This document shows, piece by piece, positions 9,118-19,586 of a DNA stretch of 64,000 bases. Made by a program: the position numbers and the translations under genes. This stretch comes from an uncultured Gammaproteobacteria bacterium (GTDB lineage: Bacteria > Patescibacteriota > Patescibacteriia > Magasanikbacterales > UBA922). Positions within the stretch are counted from its first letter, which is position 1; each line of letters starts with the position of its first letter. The DNA is taken from assembly GCA_964418775.1 (NCBI GenBank), contig CAYQNA010000003.1, positions 7,307-71,306 on the forward strand, in the 5' to 3' direction. Below the pieces are notes generated by a model, which was not told the DNA's origin, did no database searches, and worked only from the letters and a program-made list of their open reading frames with translations.

Positions 9118-10340
9118 AAGTAATTCAGCGGATTAACCGGAATACCATTTTTGCGCACTTCAAAGTGCAAGTGAGGACCGGTAGTGAATGGGCCTGCGCC
9201 GACTGTGCCTGGTGTGGCGCCTGAATAACCAATCACATCGCCACGCGCGACGAATTGATCTTCGGCCACACTGATGGCGCTTAAGTGGCCATACACGGTC
9301 GAAATGCCATCGGCATGTACAATCATGACATACGCATAGCAACTCGCCGAGGTGCAGCGTTTAGCGCGGGCCACATAGCCCGATGACGCGGCTTTAACCA
9401 CGCTGCCTTGGCTTGTACCAATATCAATCGCATTGTGTTCGAAAATCGTGCGATATGGGTAGCCTGGGTCATTAAAATACGCAGTTACACGGCGACTGGC
9501 AATTGGCCATGACAATGAGCCAGAGTTATCAAATTCTTCGGGATTCTTTTTTTGTGCAGCCTCAACTTTGGCACGCACTTGACGTTCAATACCGCTAATC
9601 TCACCCTCAGTTTGCTGGAATTGTGTTTTGAGCGAATTAACCAGCGCCTTATATTTTAATTCGGAAGATTGCGTTTGCACGAGCAAATTTTGCTTGTTTT
9701 GTGACTGCCCTTCGAGGTCGGATTTTTTACCCTTTAATTCTTCTTGCAATTCATTGTACGCACGCTGACGCTCCTCGGCCTGCTGGTGTTTTTCTTCTAA
9801 TTCTTCTTTGGCCAAACGTAAATTTTTCGCACTCAAACCCAAATCCTGTTGCACTTTGTTTAAATACTGCACGCGATCAAAAAAATCGGAAAAATTATCG
9901 TAGCCAGCCATAATTTCCACATAACTTTTGTCTTGTTCCTGTTGCAGATTACGAAGCAATTCAGCCAGGATCGCTTTTTGGCGCCCAATGGTTTTATTTT
10001 TGTCAGCAATGGAAATGTCGAGACCCTGAATTTGGAGCTTTACTGTGTCGAGTTTTTCTTGCGTAGTTTCAACATCAAGCTCGACCTGTGCAATATGATT
10101 ATCGAGGAGGGATAATTGATTTTTGAGCGACACAGCCTCCAAACGCGTTTGCGAAATCTTGGTGTTGTACTCGGACATGGCCTTTTCCAGCTCAGCAATG
10201 CGCTTTTTTTTAACTTCAATCTGCTGGTTGAGTGCGTCAATCTCGCTATTACCAGTGGTTTCGGCATGCGCAATTAAAAAAGGCCCGGTAATCCAGGTCA
10301 GTGTGACAAATAAAATTACGAACAGACGAAAAAAACGCAT
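9111..10340 (-). CDS. M23 family metallopeptidase with N-terminal coiled-coil (EnvC/LytM-like murein hydrolase/activator)
   Basis: Signal/TM, long coiled coil, C-terminal GYSGATPG...GPHLHFEVRKNGIPVNP M23 motif. Confidence 0.8.
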   Translation of the reverse strand: MRFFRLFVILFVTLTWITGPFLIAHAETTGNSEIDALNQQIEVKKKRIAELEKAMSEYNTKISQTRLEAVSLKNQLSLLDNHIAQVELDVETTQEKLDTVKLQIQGLDISIADKNKTIGRQKAILAELLRNLQQEQDKSYVEIMAGYDNFSDFFDRVQYLNKVQQDLGLSAKNLRLAKEELEEKHQQAEERQRAYNELQEELKGKKSDLEGQSQNKQNLLVQTQSSELKYKALVNSLKTQFQQTEGEISGIERQVRAKVEAAQKKNPEEFDNSGSLSWPIASRRVTAYFNDPGYPYRTIFEHNAIDIGTSQGSVVKAASSGYVARAKRCTSASCYAYVMIVHADGISTVYGHLSAISVAEDQFVARGDVIGYSGATPGTVGAGPFTTGPHLHFEVRKNGIPVNPLNYLK

Positions 10341-10376
10341 ACGTGGTACCAGTATACCACATTTGCAGGGCTGATG

Positions 10377-11840
10377 TTAGCCTAATTTGGTCGCGGCTGC
10401 GGATAAACGGGCCAAAGTTTCGGCTTGGCCAAGTACAGCGGCCAATTCAGTTGGACCTGGCGAATTTTTCTGTCCTGACAGTGCCACCCGGAGTGGCCAC
10501 ATCACATTCCCCACGCCATAGCCTTTGTCAGCAATCCACGCTTGGAGTTTGGTATCCAAAGTTTCTTTGGTCCATTCTAGAGTTGGCAAGAGGTCGATTA
10601 ATTCACCAAAAATTTGCTTAGCTTCCTCGGGTGTGCCTTTTTTCCACACCAGCATGTCGGCCTCGTACTCGCCTGGCTTTAACACAAATTGAATCGCGTC
10701 TGGCAATTGGGCCAAAGTTTCCACACGACCACGTTCCAAATCAATCGCCGCCGCAAGCTGCTCGACTGGTACATTGGCAAATTCAGGGCGGGCGACAAAA
10801 AATGATTTTGCACGCTCCACAATTTCGGCCAAAGGCGACTTGGCCAAATACTGGCGATTATACCAGGCCAGTTTTTCCAAATTAAACACTGCTGGCGACT
10901 TGGCCACCTTATCCAAACTAAAGGTTTGTTCGAGCTCGGTCAGGGTAAATAATTCTTGCGCTGTGCCAGGATTCCAACCCAAAAAAGCAATAAAATTAAC
11001 CAGTGCTTCGGGTAAATAACCCTTCTCAACATAATCGCGCACCGAAACATCGCCGTGACGTTTACTCAATTTTTTCTTTTCAATGTTAACTAGCAATGGC
11101 AAATGAGCAAATGTTGGCGCTTCCCAACCAAACATGTGGTAGAGCACAAGGTGTTTTGGTGTGGACGACAGCCACTCTTCGCCACGAATGACGTGAGTGC
11201 ACTGCATAAAATGGTCGTCGACCACCACGGCCAAATGGTAGGTTGGGAAACCGTCGGCCTTCATGAGTACTTGGTCGTCAACAAGGGCATTTTTAAATTC
11301 CACGCGACCGCGGATGGCGTCTTCGAACACGCTTGCTCCCTCTTTTGGCATCTTCATGCGTACCACGTGGGCCTCGCCAAAGGCCACGCGCTTGGCACTC
11401 TCACCTGCGTCAGCCTCGCGACAATGGCCGTCGTAGCCTGGTGCAAGTTTGTTTAACTCCTGAAATTTACGCAACTCATCGAGGCGTTCTTTGGTGCAAA
11501 AACAATAATACGCGTGTCCAGCGGCGATTAATTTTTCCGCATGCTCCTGGTAAATAGACAAACGTTCGGATTGAATATACGGACCACAATCACCTGTTTG
11601 AGTGATCGCTTCGTCTACAATATCTACGCCTTCATCAATCGTGAGGCCAGCCCAACGCAGACTAGTAACAAAATCTTGAATTGCACCCTCGACAAAACGT
11701 CCCTGGTCAGTGTCTTCGATGCGAAGCGCGAATTTACCACCTTCGCGACGAGCGACTAAATACGCATACAGCGCCGTACGCAAACCACCGACATGGAGAA
11801 AACCAGTCGGACTAGGGGCAAAACGAGTTTTAGTCATCAT
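10377..11840 (-). CDS. gltX: Glutamyl-tRNA synthetase
   Basis: RFAPSPTGFLHVGG (HIGH region), KLSKR (KMSKS variant). Confidence 0.9.
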   Translation of the reverse strand: MMTKTRFAPSPTGFLHVGGLRTALYAYLVARREGGKFALRIEDTDQGRFVEGAIQDFVTSLRWAGLTIDEGVDIVDEAITQTGDCGPYIQSERLSIYQEHAEKLIAAGHAYYCFCTKERLDELRKFQELNKLAPGYDGHCREADAGESAKRVAFGEAHVVRMKMPKEGASVFEDAIRGRVEFKNALVDDQVLMKADGFPTYHLAVVVDDHFMQCTHVIRGEEWLSSTPKHLVLYHMFGWEAPTFAHLPLLVNIEKKKLSKRHGDVSVRDYVEKGYLPEALVNFIAFLGWNPGTAQELFTLTELEQTFSLDKVAKSPAVFNLEKLAWYNRQYLAKSPLAEIVERAKSFFVARPEFANVPVEQLAAAIDLERGRVETLAQLPDAIQFVLKPGEYEADMLVWKKGTPEEAKQIFGELIDLLPTLEWTKETLDTKLQAWIADKGYGVGNVMWPLRVALSGQKNSPGPTELAAVLGQAETLARLSAAATKLG

Positions 11841-12604
11841 ACACGGGACATTACAATCGCGGCCGCAATGGCGACATTAAGCGATTCGGCCTGGCCGCGA
11901 CCGGGGATAGTGTAGCGCGTATCGATCAATTTTTCAAGGCCTGGGCGGACACCGTGTGACTCGCTGCCAAAGAGGAAAATTACCTTATCTGAGCCTTTTT
12001 TAAGGAGTTTCTCGGGCAAGGGTTCGCCAGTCATTTCCAGGGAAACGACGCGGTACCCATATTTTTCTTTGAGTGTCGTGAGCGAGGTGGCCAGGCTTTG
12101 GCTTTCAAAAATGTGAGCCCGGAACATGGACCCCATTGTACTACGCACTACTTTTGGATTATACGGGTCTACAGTATCCTCGGCTAACAAAAAATTCTGA
12201 ATTCCAAACCAATCCGCCGTGCGAATAATGGTGCCCAAATTCCCTGGGTCCTTGACCCCATCCAGCGCTACAATTGGTCCATCCACAATTTGATCCAGGC
12301 CAATATCTGGTGATGACACAATCGCGAGCACGCCTGGGAATGTGTCGGTAGTTTTAATTTGGCCAATATCTTTGCGGCCACAAAATTCTACCTGCGCCTC
12401 GTGCTCTTCGGCCAATTCAATCAAGGCCCCCATGTCGGCCTCATCGCGAATATTACCGTCCACCACTACAAGTAACACCTCGGCGTCATTCTCCAGCGCT
12501 TCTTGCACGCCTTTAACACCTTCCACAATAAATTCGTGCGCGGCGGCGCGGTGTTTTTTTTGCTGCAATTCATTGATATGTTTGATGGTAGCGAGGGTGA
12601 GCAT
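11837..12604 (-). CDS. TrmH/SpoU family RNA 2'-O-methyltransferase (RlmB-like)
   Basis: LDGVKDPGNLGTIIRTADWFG, SpoU methylase C-terminal motifs; start placed at M53 (12604) right after upstream stop, track ORF extends to 12760. Confidence 0.65.
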   Translation of the reverse strand: MLTLATIKHINELQQKKHRAAAHEFIVEGVKGVQEALENDAEVLLVVVDGNIRDEADMGALIELAEEHEAQVEFCGRKDIGQIKTTDTFPGVLAIVSSPDIGLDQIVDGPIVALDGVKDPGNLGTIIRTADWFGIQNFLLAEDTVDPYNPKVVRSTMGSMFRAHIFESQSLATSLTTLKEKYGYRVVSLEMTGEPLPEKLLKKGSDKVIFLFGSESHGVRPGLEKLIDTRYTIPGRGQAESLNVAIAAAIVMSRV

Positions 12605-12605
12605 A

Positions 12606-13262
12606 TTATTTTGCTTCGTAAACAACTGGCCAGGCTGGCATTTCCTCAGCCTCGGGATTTTGTAAATGGAATTCATCGGCTGCTTCGCACGACTGATACT
12701 CGGTTTTGAGTAAAGTGAATTCGGATCCGACTCTAAAAGTTTCGCGTGTACCACAGTCACCTACTCCGCGGTCTTTGGTAAATATACTTACGGTTTTTTC
12801 GACTTCGTTAAACGTATCAAAACCCAAAACCGAACCATTAATATCGTCATCGTACTCGTACATTCGCGACACGACTTTTTTCTGGGCTAAATCATACGTT
12901 GGCACTTGCAACAAGGTTGCGGTTGGTTTTCCGTTAACGGTTGCGACATGATAAAACAACATGGTAGTTTGATATGCATACACACCACAGGTGACTCGCA
13001 AAATTGACTCGGTTGGAGTGTAAGAAAATAAGGCCAAACCACCCAAACCAGCCTCAGCCCCAATCCTAAAATCTTCATCACATAATTCTGGCCACTGCGC
13101 AATTTCGCGCCACTCGGCTCGTTCTTCGACCGTAAAATCTTGTTTTAAGGTCGGAGTATAATCAGTGTTTCTATTGGTTTCTGGTGCATTGGCACAACCA
13201 GCCCCTACCAACCATATTGCCGCTACCAAGAGTGATGATTTTAGAATGTTCATAGTAATCAC
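12606..13262 (-). CDS. Putative lipoprotein (signal peptide with lipobox LVGAGC)
   Basis: N-terminal signal + Cys lipobox; no recognisable domain. Confidence 0.4.
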   Translation of the reverse strand: MITMNILKSSLLVAAIWLVGAGCANAPETNRNTDYTPTLKQDFTVEERAEWREIAQWPELCDEDFRIGAEAGLGGLALFSYTPTESILRVTCGVYAYQTTMLFYHVATVNGKPTATLLQVPTYDLAQKKVVSRMYEYDDDINGSVLGFDTFNEVEKTVSIFTKDRGVGDCGTRETFRVGSEFTLLKTEYQSCEAADEFHLQNPEAEEMPAWPVVYEAK

Positions 13263-13286
13263 ACTGTACTACAAGACTGGTCTAAA

Positions 13287-13324
13287 AACAAGAAACAGCC
13301 CGAGTAGGCTGTCTCTTGTTTTTT
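13287..13324. terminator. Rho-independent terminator hairpin (AACAAGAAACAGCC..GGCTGTCTCTTGTT + T/A runs)
   Basis: 14-bp near-perfect stem, flanking runs. Confidence 0.45.
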
Positions 13325-13330
13325 AAACAC

Positions 13331-13792
13331 TTAATGACCGTGCGGTACGAGTTCACCGAGGCCGAGAGCCAAAAACCACAGGGCGACCAGAAGTACAAGC
13401 ACCAAGCAAACTAAGCCAACGACTCGTTGTGTCGTTAATTCGGATTGGTGGTCACGGTAGGCGAAGGCTAAATATCCAAGTAGTACCCCGCCTGGCAACA
13501 AAACCGAAGCCATGCGTGGTCCATCCAAATAATGCTGGGTAGCGCCACTTACCATGCCAGTACCAATTGATACTGCGACTGACAAGGCCGTGTACAGTTT
13601 TAAATCCTGACGCTGGTCATGACGATGTTCTAACCAGACACCTGCGGCAAACATGGCTGCGCCAGCAGTGATCAAAACTATATACTTGAGCCATCCACCG
13701 CCAAGCGTGCTGGCATGGACAATTGAGCCGGAAATCAACCCAACCCCAACATACCGCAACAAGTGGGTGCTGTACGCCTCGTTTAGACGCAT
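13331..13792 (-). CDS. Hypothetical polytopic membrane protein ending in HGH
   Basis: 4 predicted TM helices; adjacent to DUF305 gene. Confidence 0.3.
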   Translation of the reverse strand: MRLNEAYSTHLLRYVGVGLISGSIVHASTLGGGWLKYIVLITAGAAMFAAGVWLEHRHDQRQDLKLYTALSVAVSIGTGMVSGATQHYLDGPRMASVLLPGGVLLGYLAFAYRDHQSELTTQRVVGLVCLVLVLLVALWFLALGLGELVPHGH

Positions 13793-13793
13793 A

Positions 13794-14198
13794 TTACTTT
13801 GACCATTCTGTTAACCAAGCGCGCATCTGAGCAATTTCGGCAGTCTGCACGCGGATAATATCAGCCCCCATTTTCTGCAATTCTGGACGTTTGGTTTCTT
13901 TAACCAAAATTTGGGCCATATCGACAGCGCCTTGGTGATGCACGATCATATCTTCGAGAAAAATCTTATCGAGTTCGTCCCCTGTTTTTCCTTTCATACG
14001 GTCGGTCATCGTCATCATCTGGTGTTCCATGCTGCCCATGCTGTGACCCATCATTTTTTCTTGGTTAGCTTTGGCGTCCATCATGACACAACTTCCAGTT
14101 GCTGGCTGACTAGTGTGCATTTGGGTAAAACAACAGTAACCAATGACCAAACCAAGTGCCAAAGCCACCACGCCAACCACAATATTCTTAGAGTTCAT
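13794..14198 (-). CDS. DUF305 family protein (copper/metal-resistance associated)
   Basis: IVHHQGAVDMAQIL and duplicated helical motif typical of DUF305; N-terminal TM. Confidence 0.55.
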   Translation of the reverse strand: MNSKNIVVGVVALALGLVIGYCCFTQMHTSQPATGSCVMMDAKANQEKMMGHSMGSMEHQMMTMTDRMKGKTGDELDKIFLEDMIVHHQGAVDMAQILVKETKRPELQKMGADIIRVQTAEIAQMRAWLTEWSK

Positions 14199-14245
14199 AT
14201 ATAGTATGTAAAGAGAATTAAATTAAACTAATCTAATTCTAAACT

Positions 14246-14632
14246 TTACGGAGCGCGCGGTTGAATTGTAGTGGTAAAGAAAACTCGAGACAGTGGCGGC
14301 GGCAAAGCATATTCAGCCGGCGTTAGCACCCGAATGCTTAAAGCCCAGTACGTACGAATAGACCGAGCGATAAACCAAACAATCAACAGCACTGCTAACA
14401 CTTTGGCCGTAATTATAATTTGCAAAAAATGCTGCCAGGCACTAACGTGGTCAGTAAAACTCATTAAACAATCACTCTGCTCACTGGGCATAAACGGGCA
14501 GGTGCTTTGCTGTGCCCCACCATGATGCCCGTGTGATTCTAAGCGTTCGGCAGTGATTAGCAAACCAAACACAGCTAAGCAGGCAAAGCTAAGCAACATC
14601 ATCCCCGCCATCATTTTTCGCCATATGTTCAT
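14246..14632 (-). CDS. Hypothetical membrane protein with His/Cys-rich loop (HGHHGG...CPFMPSEQSDC)
   Basis: TM helices plus potential metal-binding residues; low confidence. Confidence 0.3.
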   Translation of the reverse strand: MNIWRKMMAGMMLLSFACLAVFGLLITAERLESHGHHGGAQQSTCPFMPSEQSDCLMSFTDHVSAWQHFLQIIITAKVLAVLLIVWFIARSIRTYWALSIRVLTPAEYALPPPLSRVFFTTTIQPRAP

Positions 14633-15390
14633 ACGGTTCCGGTTAGGCGTTTACGCCAATACAGAATTGGAAAAATAATTGTTGCTCTAAGTATACGCCC
14701 AACACGGTGTGGTTCGCAAATCAGGCGCCACAACCACTCGAGTCCCAGGCGTTGCATCCAACGGGGTGCGCGTTTGGCAATACCGGCCCAAAAGCTTAAA
14801 GTGCCGCCAACCCCCATCGCAACTTTGAGACTGGGAATTTGGTGAGCAAATTCGGCAATCCATTTTTCTTGTTTATTGTGCCCAAACGCCACTAACAAAA
14901 CATCAGGGGCAGTCATAATAATGCGGTTGAGCAATTCCTCGTGCGCATTAGCATCAAACCGTAATTGCGCGCCTGTCTCACTGGGGACCAAGGTGATCGC
15001 ATACCCAGGGTCTGTGCCAACCACTTTGAGATTCGGATATCGCACTGACAGATGAATCGCCGCGCGTTGCACTACCTCTGGCTTGCCAGTGCCCAGTAAA
15101 TACACGGACTTCCCTGCCTCTACCGCTAAGCCACACAGCGTCATGGCAAAATCAACGCCAGCAATTTTTGGTATGCCCGTAAATAAACTAATGCCAAAGC
15201 CATCACACAAATTTAAATCACCAGTGTTAAGTGTATCCAAAAAAAAACGATCATGCTGCGCCTCTACCAGCATTTCGGGGTTGGGCGTAAAAATATAGTT
15301 AATTTTCTCGCTACGCAAAAAATTGCGTGCCTGCTCTTGGGCAGCAGCCTCGTTTATATTATCAATTCGTACACCCAAAACAGTTTCCAT
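14629..15390 (-). CDS. WecB/TagA/CpsF family glycosyltransferase (N-acetylmannosaminyltransferase-like)
   Basis: ETVLGVRIDNI...LWRLICEPHRVGR...YW C-terminal motifs of TagA/WecG; start set at METVLGV (15390), track ORF extends to 15468. Confidence 0.65.
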   Translation of the reverse strand: METVLGVRIDNINEAAAQEQARNFLRSEKINYIFTPNPEMLVEAQHDRFFLDTLNTGDLNLCDGFGISLFTGIPKIAGVDFAMTLCGLAVEAGKSVYLLGTGKPEVVQRAAIHLSVRYPNLKVVGTDPGYAITLVPSETGAQLRFDANAHEELLNRIIMTAPDVLLVAFGHNKQEKWIAEFAHQIPSLKVAMGVGGTLSFWAGIAKRAPRWMQRLGLEWLWRLICEPHRVGRILRATIIFPILYWRKRLTGTV

Positions 15391-15391
15391 G

Positions 15392-15778
15392 TTATTTTTG
15401 GTAATCACAGACCCACTTGCCATTTTTTTCAGTTGGTTCAAGGCCAGCACAACAGTTTGGTGTATCAACCGTAATCATTTCGTTTGGAGCCGCACAAACG
15501 CGCGGTTTCCAACCGGTGCCAGGTTTACCGCACACACTAAAGGCGTGGTCCAAGGCAACATCCTCTAAACCAGCACAGCAGACTTGGGTATTGATATCTC
15601 TAGGCTGCCCTTCGGGGACGCAACTTTCGGCAGTACTAGTGGCGGGTGTAGTGCTCGTGGCCGCGATCTGCTTTTCCCAGGCACGATCTTTAGTATTCCA
15701 TTCCGACTCATATTTATACGAACAACCAGCGCCTACCAGGACGATTGTGGCTGCTAAAACTGTGAATAATTTAGTCAT
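15392..15778 (-). CDS. Cys-rich lipoprotein with internal CCAGLE repeat
   Basis: Signal peptide, lipobox LVGAGC, two CCAGLE(D/P) motifs. Confidence 0.4.
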   Translation of the reverse strand: MTKLFTVLAATIVLVGAGCSYKYESEWNTKDRAWEKQIAATSTTPATSTAESCVPEGQPRDINTQVCCAGLEDVALDHAFSVCGKPGTGWKPRVCAAPNEMITVDTPNCCAGLEPTEKNGKWVCDYQK

Positions 15779-15833
15779 AATTGGGCTAAAGATAGCTAAA
15801 AATATGCTATACTAAGCTTAAATATACCCCTTC

Positions 15834-15862
15834 TTGACACCTTTGTCTAGGCGCGGTATATT
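15834..15862 (+). promoter_or_regulatory. Sigma-70-type promoter for clpB (TTGACA-17-TATATT)
   Basis: Consensus -35, 17-nt spacer, near-consensus -10 immediately upstream of CIRCE. Confidence 0.5.
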
Positions 15863-15887
15863 AGCACTCGTAGGTTGTGAGTGCTAA
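15861..15887. promoter_or_regulatory. CIRCE element (HrcA operator) TTAGCACTC-N9-GAGTGCTAA
   Basis: Perfect match to CIRCE consensus, between promoter and clpB start. Confidence 0.75.
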
Positions 15888-15897
15888 ATTAACCCCT

Positions 15898-18534
15898 ATG
15901 ATACCACAAAACTTTACCCACAAATCACAGGAGGCAATTCAGGCAGCGCAAGAAATTGCCATGATGAACGGCCAGCCACAAGTTGAGCCGCCACATTTGT
16001 TTTTGGCGTTGCTTGAGCAAGAAGATGGTGTGGTTTTGTCAGTGCTCAAAAAATTGAACGTGAACACTGTACAAGTGGCCGAAGATATTCAACAGCTGAT
16101 TAACACCATTCCTAAACAGGGCGAAATGGGCGCACGGCCAATGGGTCAAGTGCTGCTTGGCCAGGCCACGATGTATATTTTGCAGGCCGCCGAACAAGAA
16201 GCGCGCAAAATGCACGATGAGTATATTAGTGTGGAGCACATGCTGCTTGCATTTTTGACAAACAAAAATCCAGTTAGTGACTCGCTCGCTCGCCAGGGCG
16301 CGCATTACAATGATATTTTAAAAACACTCGCCACAATTCGTGGCACGCAGCGTGTTGATTCACCTGAACCGGAAAGTAAATACCAGGCCCTCGAAAAATA
16401 CGGGATAAATTTAACTGACCGTGCACGCAAAGAAAAACTGGACCCAGTGATTGGTCGCGATGATGAAATTCGCCGCGTCATGCAAGTGCTTACTCGCCGC
16501 ACGAAAAATAACCCAGTCCTGATTGGCGAACCAGGGGTTGGTAAAACAGCGGTGGCCGAAGGTTTGGCACAGCGCATTGTGAATGGTGATGTACCAGAAA
16601 ACTTAAAAGACAAAGAAATTATTTCCCTTGATATTGGTGCTCTCATTGCTGGCACAAAGTTTCGCGGTGAATTTGAAGAACGTTTTAAGGCCGTGATTAA
16701 AGAGATTACAGAGGCGCGCGGCAAAGTGGTGTTATTTATTGATGAATTGCACACAATTGTTGGCGCAGGTAGTTCAGATGGCGCAGTTGACGCGAGCAAC
16801 ATGCTTAAACCTGGTCTGGCGCGCGGTGAATTGCACATTATTGGCGCCACTACACTTAAAGAATACCAAAAACACATCGAAAAAGACGCGGCGTTTGAAC
16901 GCCGTTTCCAGCCTGTGCTCGTGAATGAGCCGAACGAAGAAGATGCAATCGCGATTTTACGCGGGATTAAAGAAAAGTACGAAGTCCACCACGGTGTACG
17001 CATTACTGACCCAGCCGTAGTATCGGCTGTCACTTTGTCGACGCGCTATATTTCGGACCGCTTCCTACCTGACAAAGCCATTGACCTAATTGACGAAGCC
17101 GCCAGTGCGCTCAAAATGCAAATTGATTCCATGCCTGATGACCTCGATAAAATGAAGCGCCAGGCCATGAAAATTGAAATTGAATTGCGTGCGCTCAAAA
17201 AAGAAGCGGATACAGAGTCGCGCGAGCGCCAACAAAAATTAAAAGAAGAGCTCGCGAATTTAAAGGAGAAAACGCAGGCCCTGGAAATGCAGTGGCAAAA
17301 TGAAAAAGACATTATTACCAAAATTCGCGATTACAAAAAAGAAATTGACAAATTAAAACAGGAGGCCGAAATTCAGGAACGCCGCGGTGATTTGCAAAAA
17401 GTTGCCGAGATTCGTTATGGCAAAATTCCCACGACCGAAGAAGCAATCCAAAAGTTGCAAACTAAGCTCCTTGATATTCAAAAAACGCGCGGCATTTTAA
17501 AAGAAGAAGTAACTGAGCGCGATATTGCCGCAGTGGTGGCGCGTTGGACTGGAATTCCCGTGTCCAAAATGCTCGAGGATGAAACCAAAAAATTGGCCCG
17601 TATGGAAGAAGAATTGAACAAACGCGTAGTTGGTCAAGACGAAGCGATCAAAGCCGTGTCCAATGCCATTCGCCGCTCCCGCGCTGGCATTGCCGAGGAA
17701 AAACGCCCAATTGGTTCATTTATATTCATGGGTCCAACGGGTGTTGGTAAAACCGAACTCGCAAAATCACTGGCGCAATTCTTGTTCAACGACGATGACG
17801 CATTAGTGCGTGTGGATATGACCGAATACATGGAAAAACACGCGGTATCGCGCTTGATTGGCTCCCCGCCTGGTTATGTTGGCTTCGAGGAAGGCGGCCA
17901 GCTCACCGAAATTATTCGTCGCAAACCATACTCGGTCATTTTGTTTGATGAAGTGGAAAAAGCCCACCCAGACACATTCAACATCATGCTGCAGATTCTT
18001 GAAGATGGCCATTTGACCGATGCCAAGGGTCGCAAAGTCAACTTCAAAAACACCGTCATTATCATGACCAGCAACATTGCCAGCAGCGTGATTATGGAAA
18101 TGGGCAAACGCGGTGAATTTGGTTTTGGTGACAAAAAGAAAACCGCGACCACCAAAGACCAGGAAGAAAAAATGAACGAGAAAGTCCGCGACGCCCTGAA
18201 GGATTACTTTAAACCTGAATTCCTCAATCGTATTGACGAAGTGATCGTCTTCCACCCACTTGCCGCGAATCAAATCCGCTCGATTGTGGACAAACAGCTC
18301 GCGATTGTGGCCACCCGCCTACTCAAGCAAAAAATTACGCTCGAAGTTTCGAATGAAGCCAAGGATTGGCTAGCCAAAAAAGGCTACGACCCAAATCTTG
18401 GTGCTCGCCCACTCAAGCGCGTCATTCAAACCGAACTTCTCGACCCACTTGCCCTCAAAATTGTCGCTGGCGAAGTTGGTGAGGGTCAAACTGTGCGCGT
18501 CACCGTAGACAAAGAAAAACTCGAGATTGTGTAA
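15898..18534 (+). CDS. clpB: ATP-dependent chaperone ClpB (two AAA+ modules, middle coiled-coil)
   Basis: Two Walker A motifs GEPGVGKTA / GPTGVGKTE, middle coiled coil, ClpB N-domain; ATG 15898 chosen because GTG 15877 lies inside CIRCE. Confidence 0.9.
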   Translation: MIPQNFTHKSQEAIQAAQEIAMMNGQPQVEPPHLFLALLEQEDGVVLSVLKKLNVNTVQVAEDIQQLINTIPKQGEMGARPMGQVLLGQATMYILQAAEQEARKMHDEYISVEHMLLAFLTNKNPVSDSLARQGAHYNDILKTLATIRGTQRVDSPEPESKYQALEKYGINLTDRARKEKLDPVIGRDDEIRRVMQVLTRRTKNNPVLIGEPGVGKTAVAEGLAQRIVNGDVPENLKDKEIISLDIGALIAGTKFRGEFEERFKAVIKEITEARGKVVLFIDELHTIVGAGSSDGAVDASNMLKPGLARGELHIIGATTLKEYQKHIEKDAAFERRFQPVLVNEPNEEDAIAILRGIKEKYEVHHGVRITDPAVVSAVTLSTRYISDRFLPDKAIDLIDEAASALKMQIDSMPDDLDKMKRQAMKIEIELRALKKEADTESRERQQKLKEELANLKEKTQALEMQWQNEKDIITKIRDYKKEIDKLKQEAEIQERRGDLQKVAEIRYGKIPTTEEAIQKLQTKLLDIQKTRGILKEEVTERDIAAVVARWTGIPVSKMLEDETKKLARMEEELNKRVVGQDEAIKAVSNAIRRSRAGIAEEKRPIGSFIFMGPTGVGKTELAKSLAQFLFNDDDALVRVDMTEYMEKHAVSRLIGSPPGYVGFEEGGQLTEIIRRKPYSVILFDEVEKAHPDTFNIMLQILEDGHLTDAKGRKVNFKNTVIIMTSNIASSVIMEMGKRGEFGFGDKKKTATTKDQEEKMNEKVRDALKDYFKPEFLNRIDEVIVFHPLAANQIRSIVDKQLAIVATRLLKQKITLEVSNEAKDWLAKKGYDPNLGARPLKRVIQTELLDPLALKIVAGEVGEGQTVRVTVDKEKLEIV

Positions 18535-18540
18535 ATTGAA

Positions 18541-18559
18541 AAGCCCCATCATGGGGCTT
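18541..18559. terminator. Bidirectional terminator hairpin AAGCCCCAT-C-ATGGGGCTT with flanking A/T runs
   Basis: Perfect 9-bp stem between convergent clpB and ferredoxin genes. Confidence 0.55.
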
Positions 18560-18563
18560 TTTG

Positions 18564-18848
18564 TTATTCTTCGGGGAAAATTTGTTTACCATCTTCGTCG
18601 TACAACCGAATGGCCAGCACCGGGCATGACTGCGCGGCCATTAAAATTGTATCCTCGTCCGTGCCATCTGGGTCAGTCACATAGGCCAGGTTTTCATCAT
18701 CCATTTGGAATACACCTGGCGCAACAACGACACACGAACGCGCGCCAATACAGCCCTGGCGGTCAACCACAATGCGGCGGATTTTCCCACCGGCGCGAAT
18801 TTTCTGCGAGATTTCTTCGGGTAAATTATCAGGTAATTTTGGTTCCAT
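18564..18848 (-). CDS. Small ferredoxin (single-cluster, Fer4_13/15-like)
   Basis: CIGARSC...CP cysteine pattern, ~90 aa; last gene of suf-associated string. Confidence 0.5.
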   Translation of the reverse strand: MEPKLPDNLPEEISQKIRAGGKIRRIVVDRQGCIGARSCVVVAPGVFQMDDENLAYVTDPDGTDEDTILMAAQSCPVLAIRLYDEDGKQIFPEE

Positions 18849-18868
18849 AGTGACTCTATACTAACACA

Positions 18869-19294
18869 TTATTTAAAATTGCCAAGTTCGGCCTCGGACA
18901 CAGGGCTAAACTGCGCCGCTAGTGTGGCAGCAAACGACGCTGCCTCGGGGCCAAGCAAAGCATACGAACGGGGCTTGCGTGCACCCACCTTAATCACCAG
19001 CGCCACCCAGCCATACTTTGGGCGTGGCACAACCGATAAACCACTAATCTCCCCCACCCTCAGCGTACGCCAGAAACCAGAACGAAAATAAATTCGCAGG
19101 GTTTGATCAGTATACGTAATTTTGCGGACACTAATTAACCAACTAAACCCTAAGGCAAAAAAAATCAAACCACAAAAAATTATAATTTTAATGTTTCCCG
19201 CCGTGAGTCCATGATACATCGGCCAAATCATGCCAAATCCAAACAACCATAGTAAGCACCATTCAGTAGAGGCTGGTTGACGGAACTCAAGCAT
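18869..19294 (-). CDS. Hypothetical membrane protein (bacterial PH-like)
   Basis: Two N-terminal TM helices; no motif. Confidence 0.3.
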   Translation of the reverse strand: MLEFRQPASTEWCLLWLFGFGMIWPMYHGLTAGNIKIIIFCGLIFFALGFSWLISVRKITYTDQTLRIYFRSGFWRTLRVGEISGLSVVPRPKYGWVALVIKVGARKPRSYALLGPEAASFAATLAAQFSPVSEAELGNFK

Positions 19295-19295
19295 A

Positions 19296-19586
19296 CTAAA
19301 TTCCCAACATTAACCGCAGCTCCTCGCTGGGTTGCCACTTAGGCTCGTAGGTAATAGTTACACCCACATCACTAGCCCCTAAATCAAGAATTTTTTCCTT
19401 AACTTGCGCGGTTAACAGAGGTCCAAACGGACACAGTGGCGTGGTGTACGTCATCACTACCTGTACCGTGTTATCCGTCGCAATTTGAATATCGTAAATT
19501 AATCCCATGGTCCAGATATCCAGATTAATTTCGGGATCAAACACGGTTTTGAGTTCTGCGATAATCGCCTCTTTGGTCAAACTCAT
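19296..19586 (-). CDS. DUF59/MIP18-family Fe-S assembly protein (SufT-like)
   Basis: DPEI...LGLIY...TPLCP signature of DUF59. Confidence 0.65.
   Translation of the reverse strand: MSLTKEAIIAELKTVFDPEINLDIWTMGLIYDIQIATDNTVQVVMTYTTPLCPFGPLLTAQVKEKILDLGASDVGVTITYEPKWQPSEELRLMLGI

Noticed and set aside
16305-17033. 242-aa ORF antisense to clpB, and 17803-18273 (156 aa) antisense
   Set aside because: They are embedded in a highly conserved ClpB coding region on the opposite strand, with low-complexity Ser/Arg-rich translations. Typical antisense artefacts.
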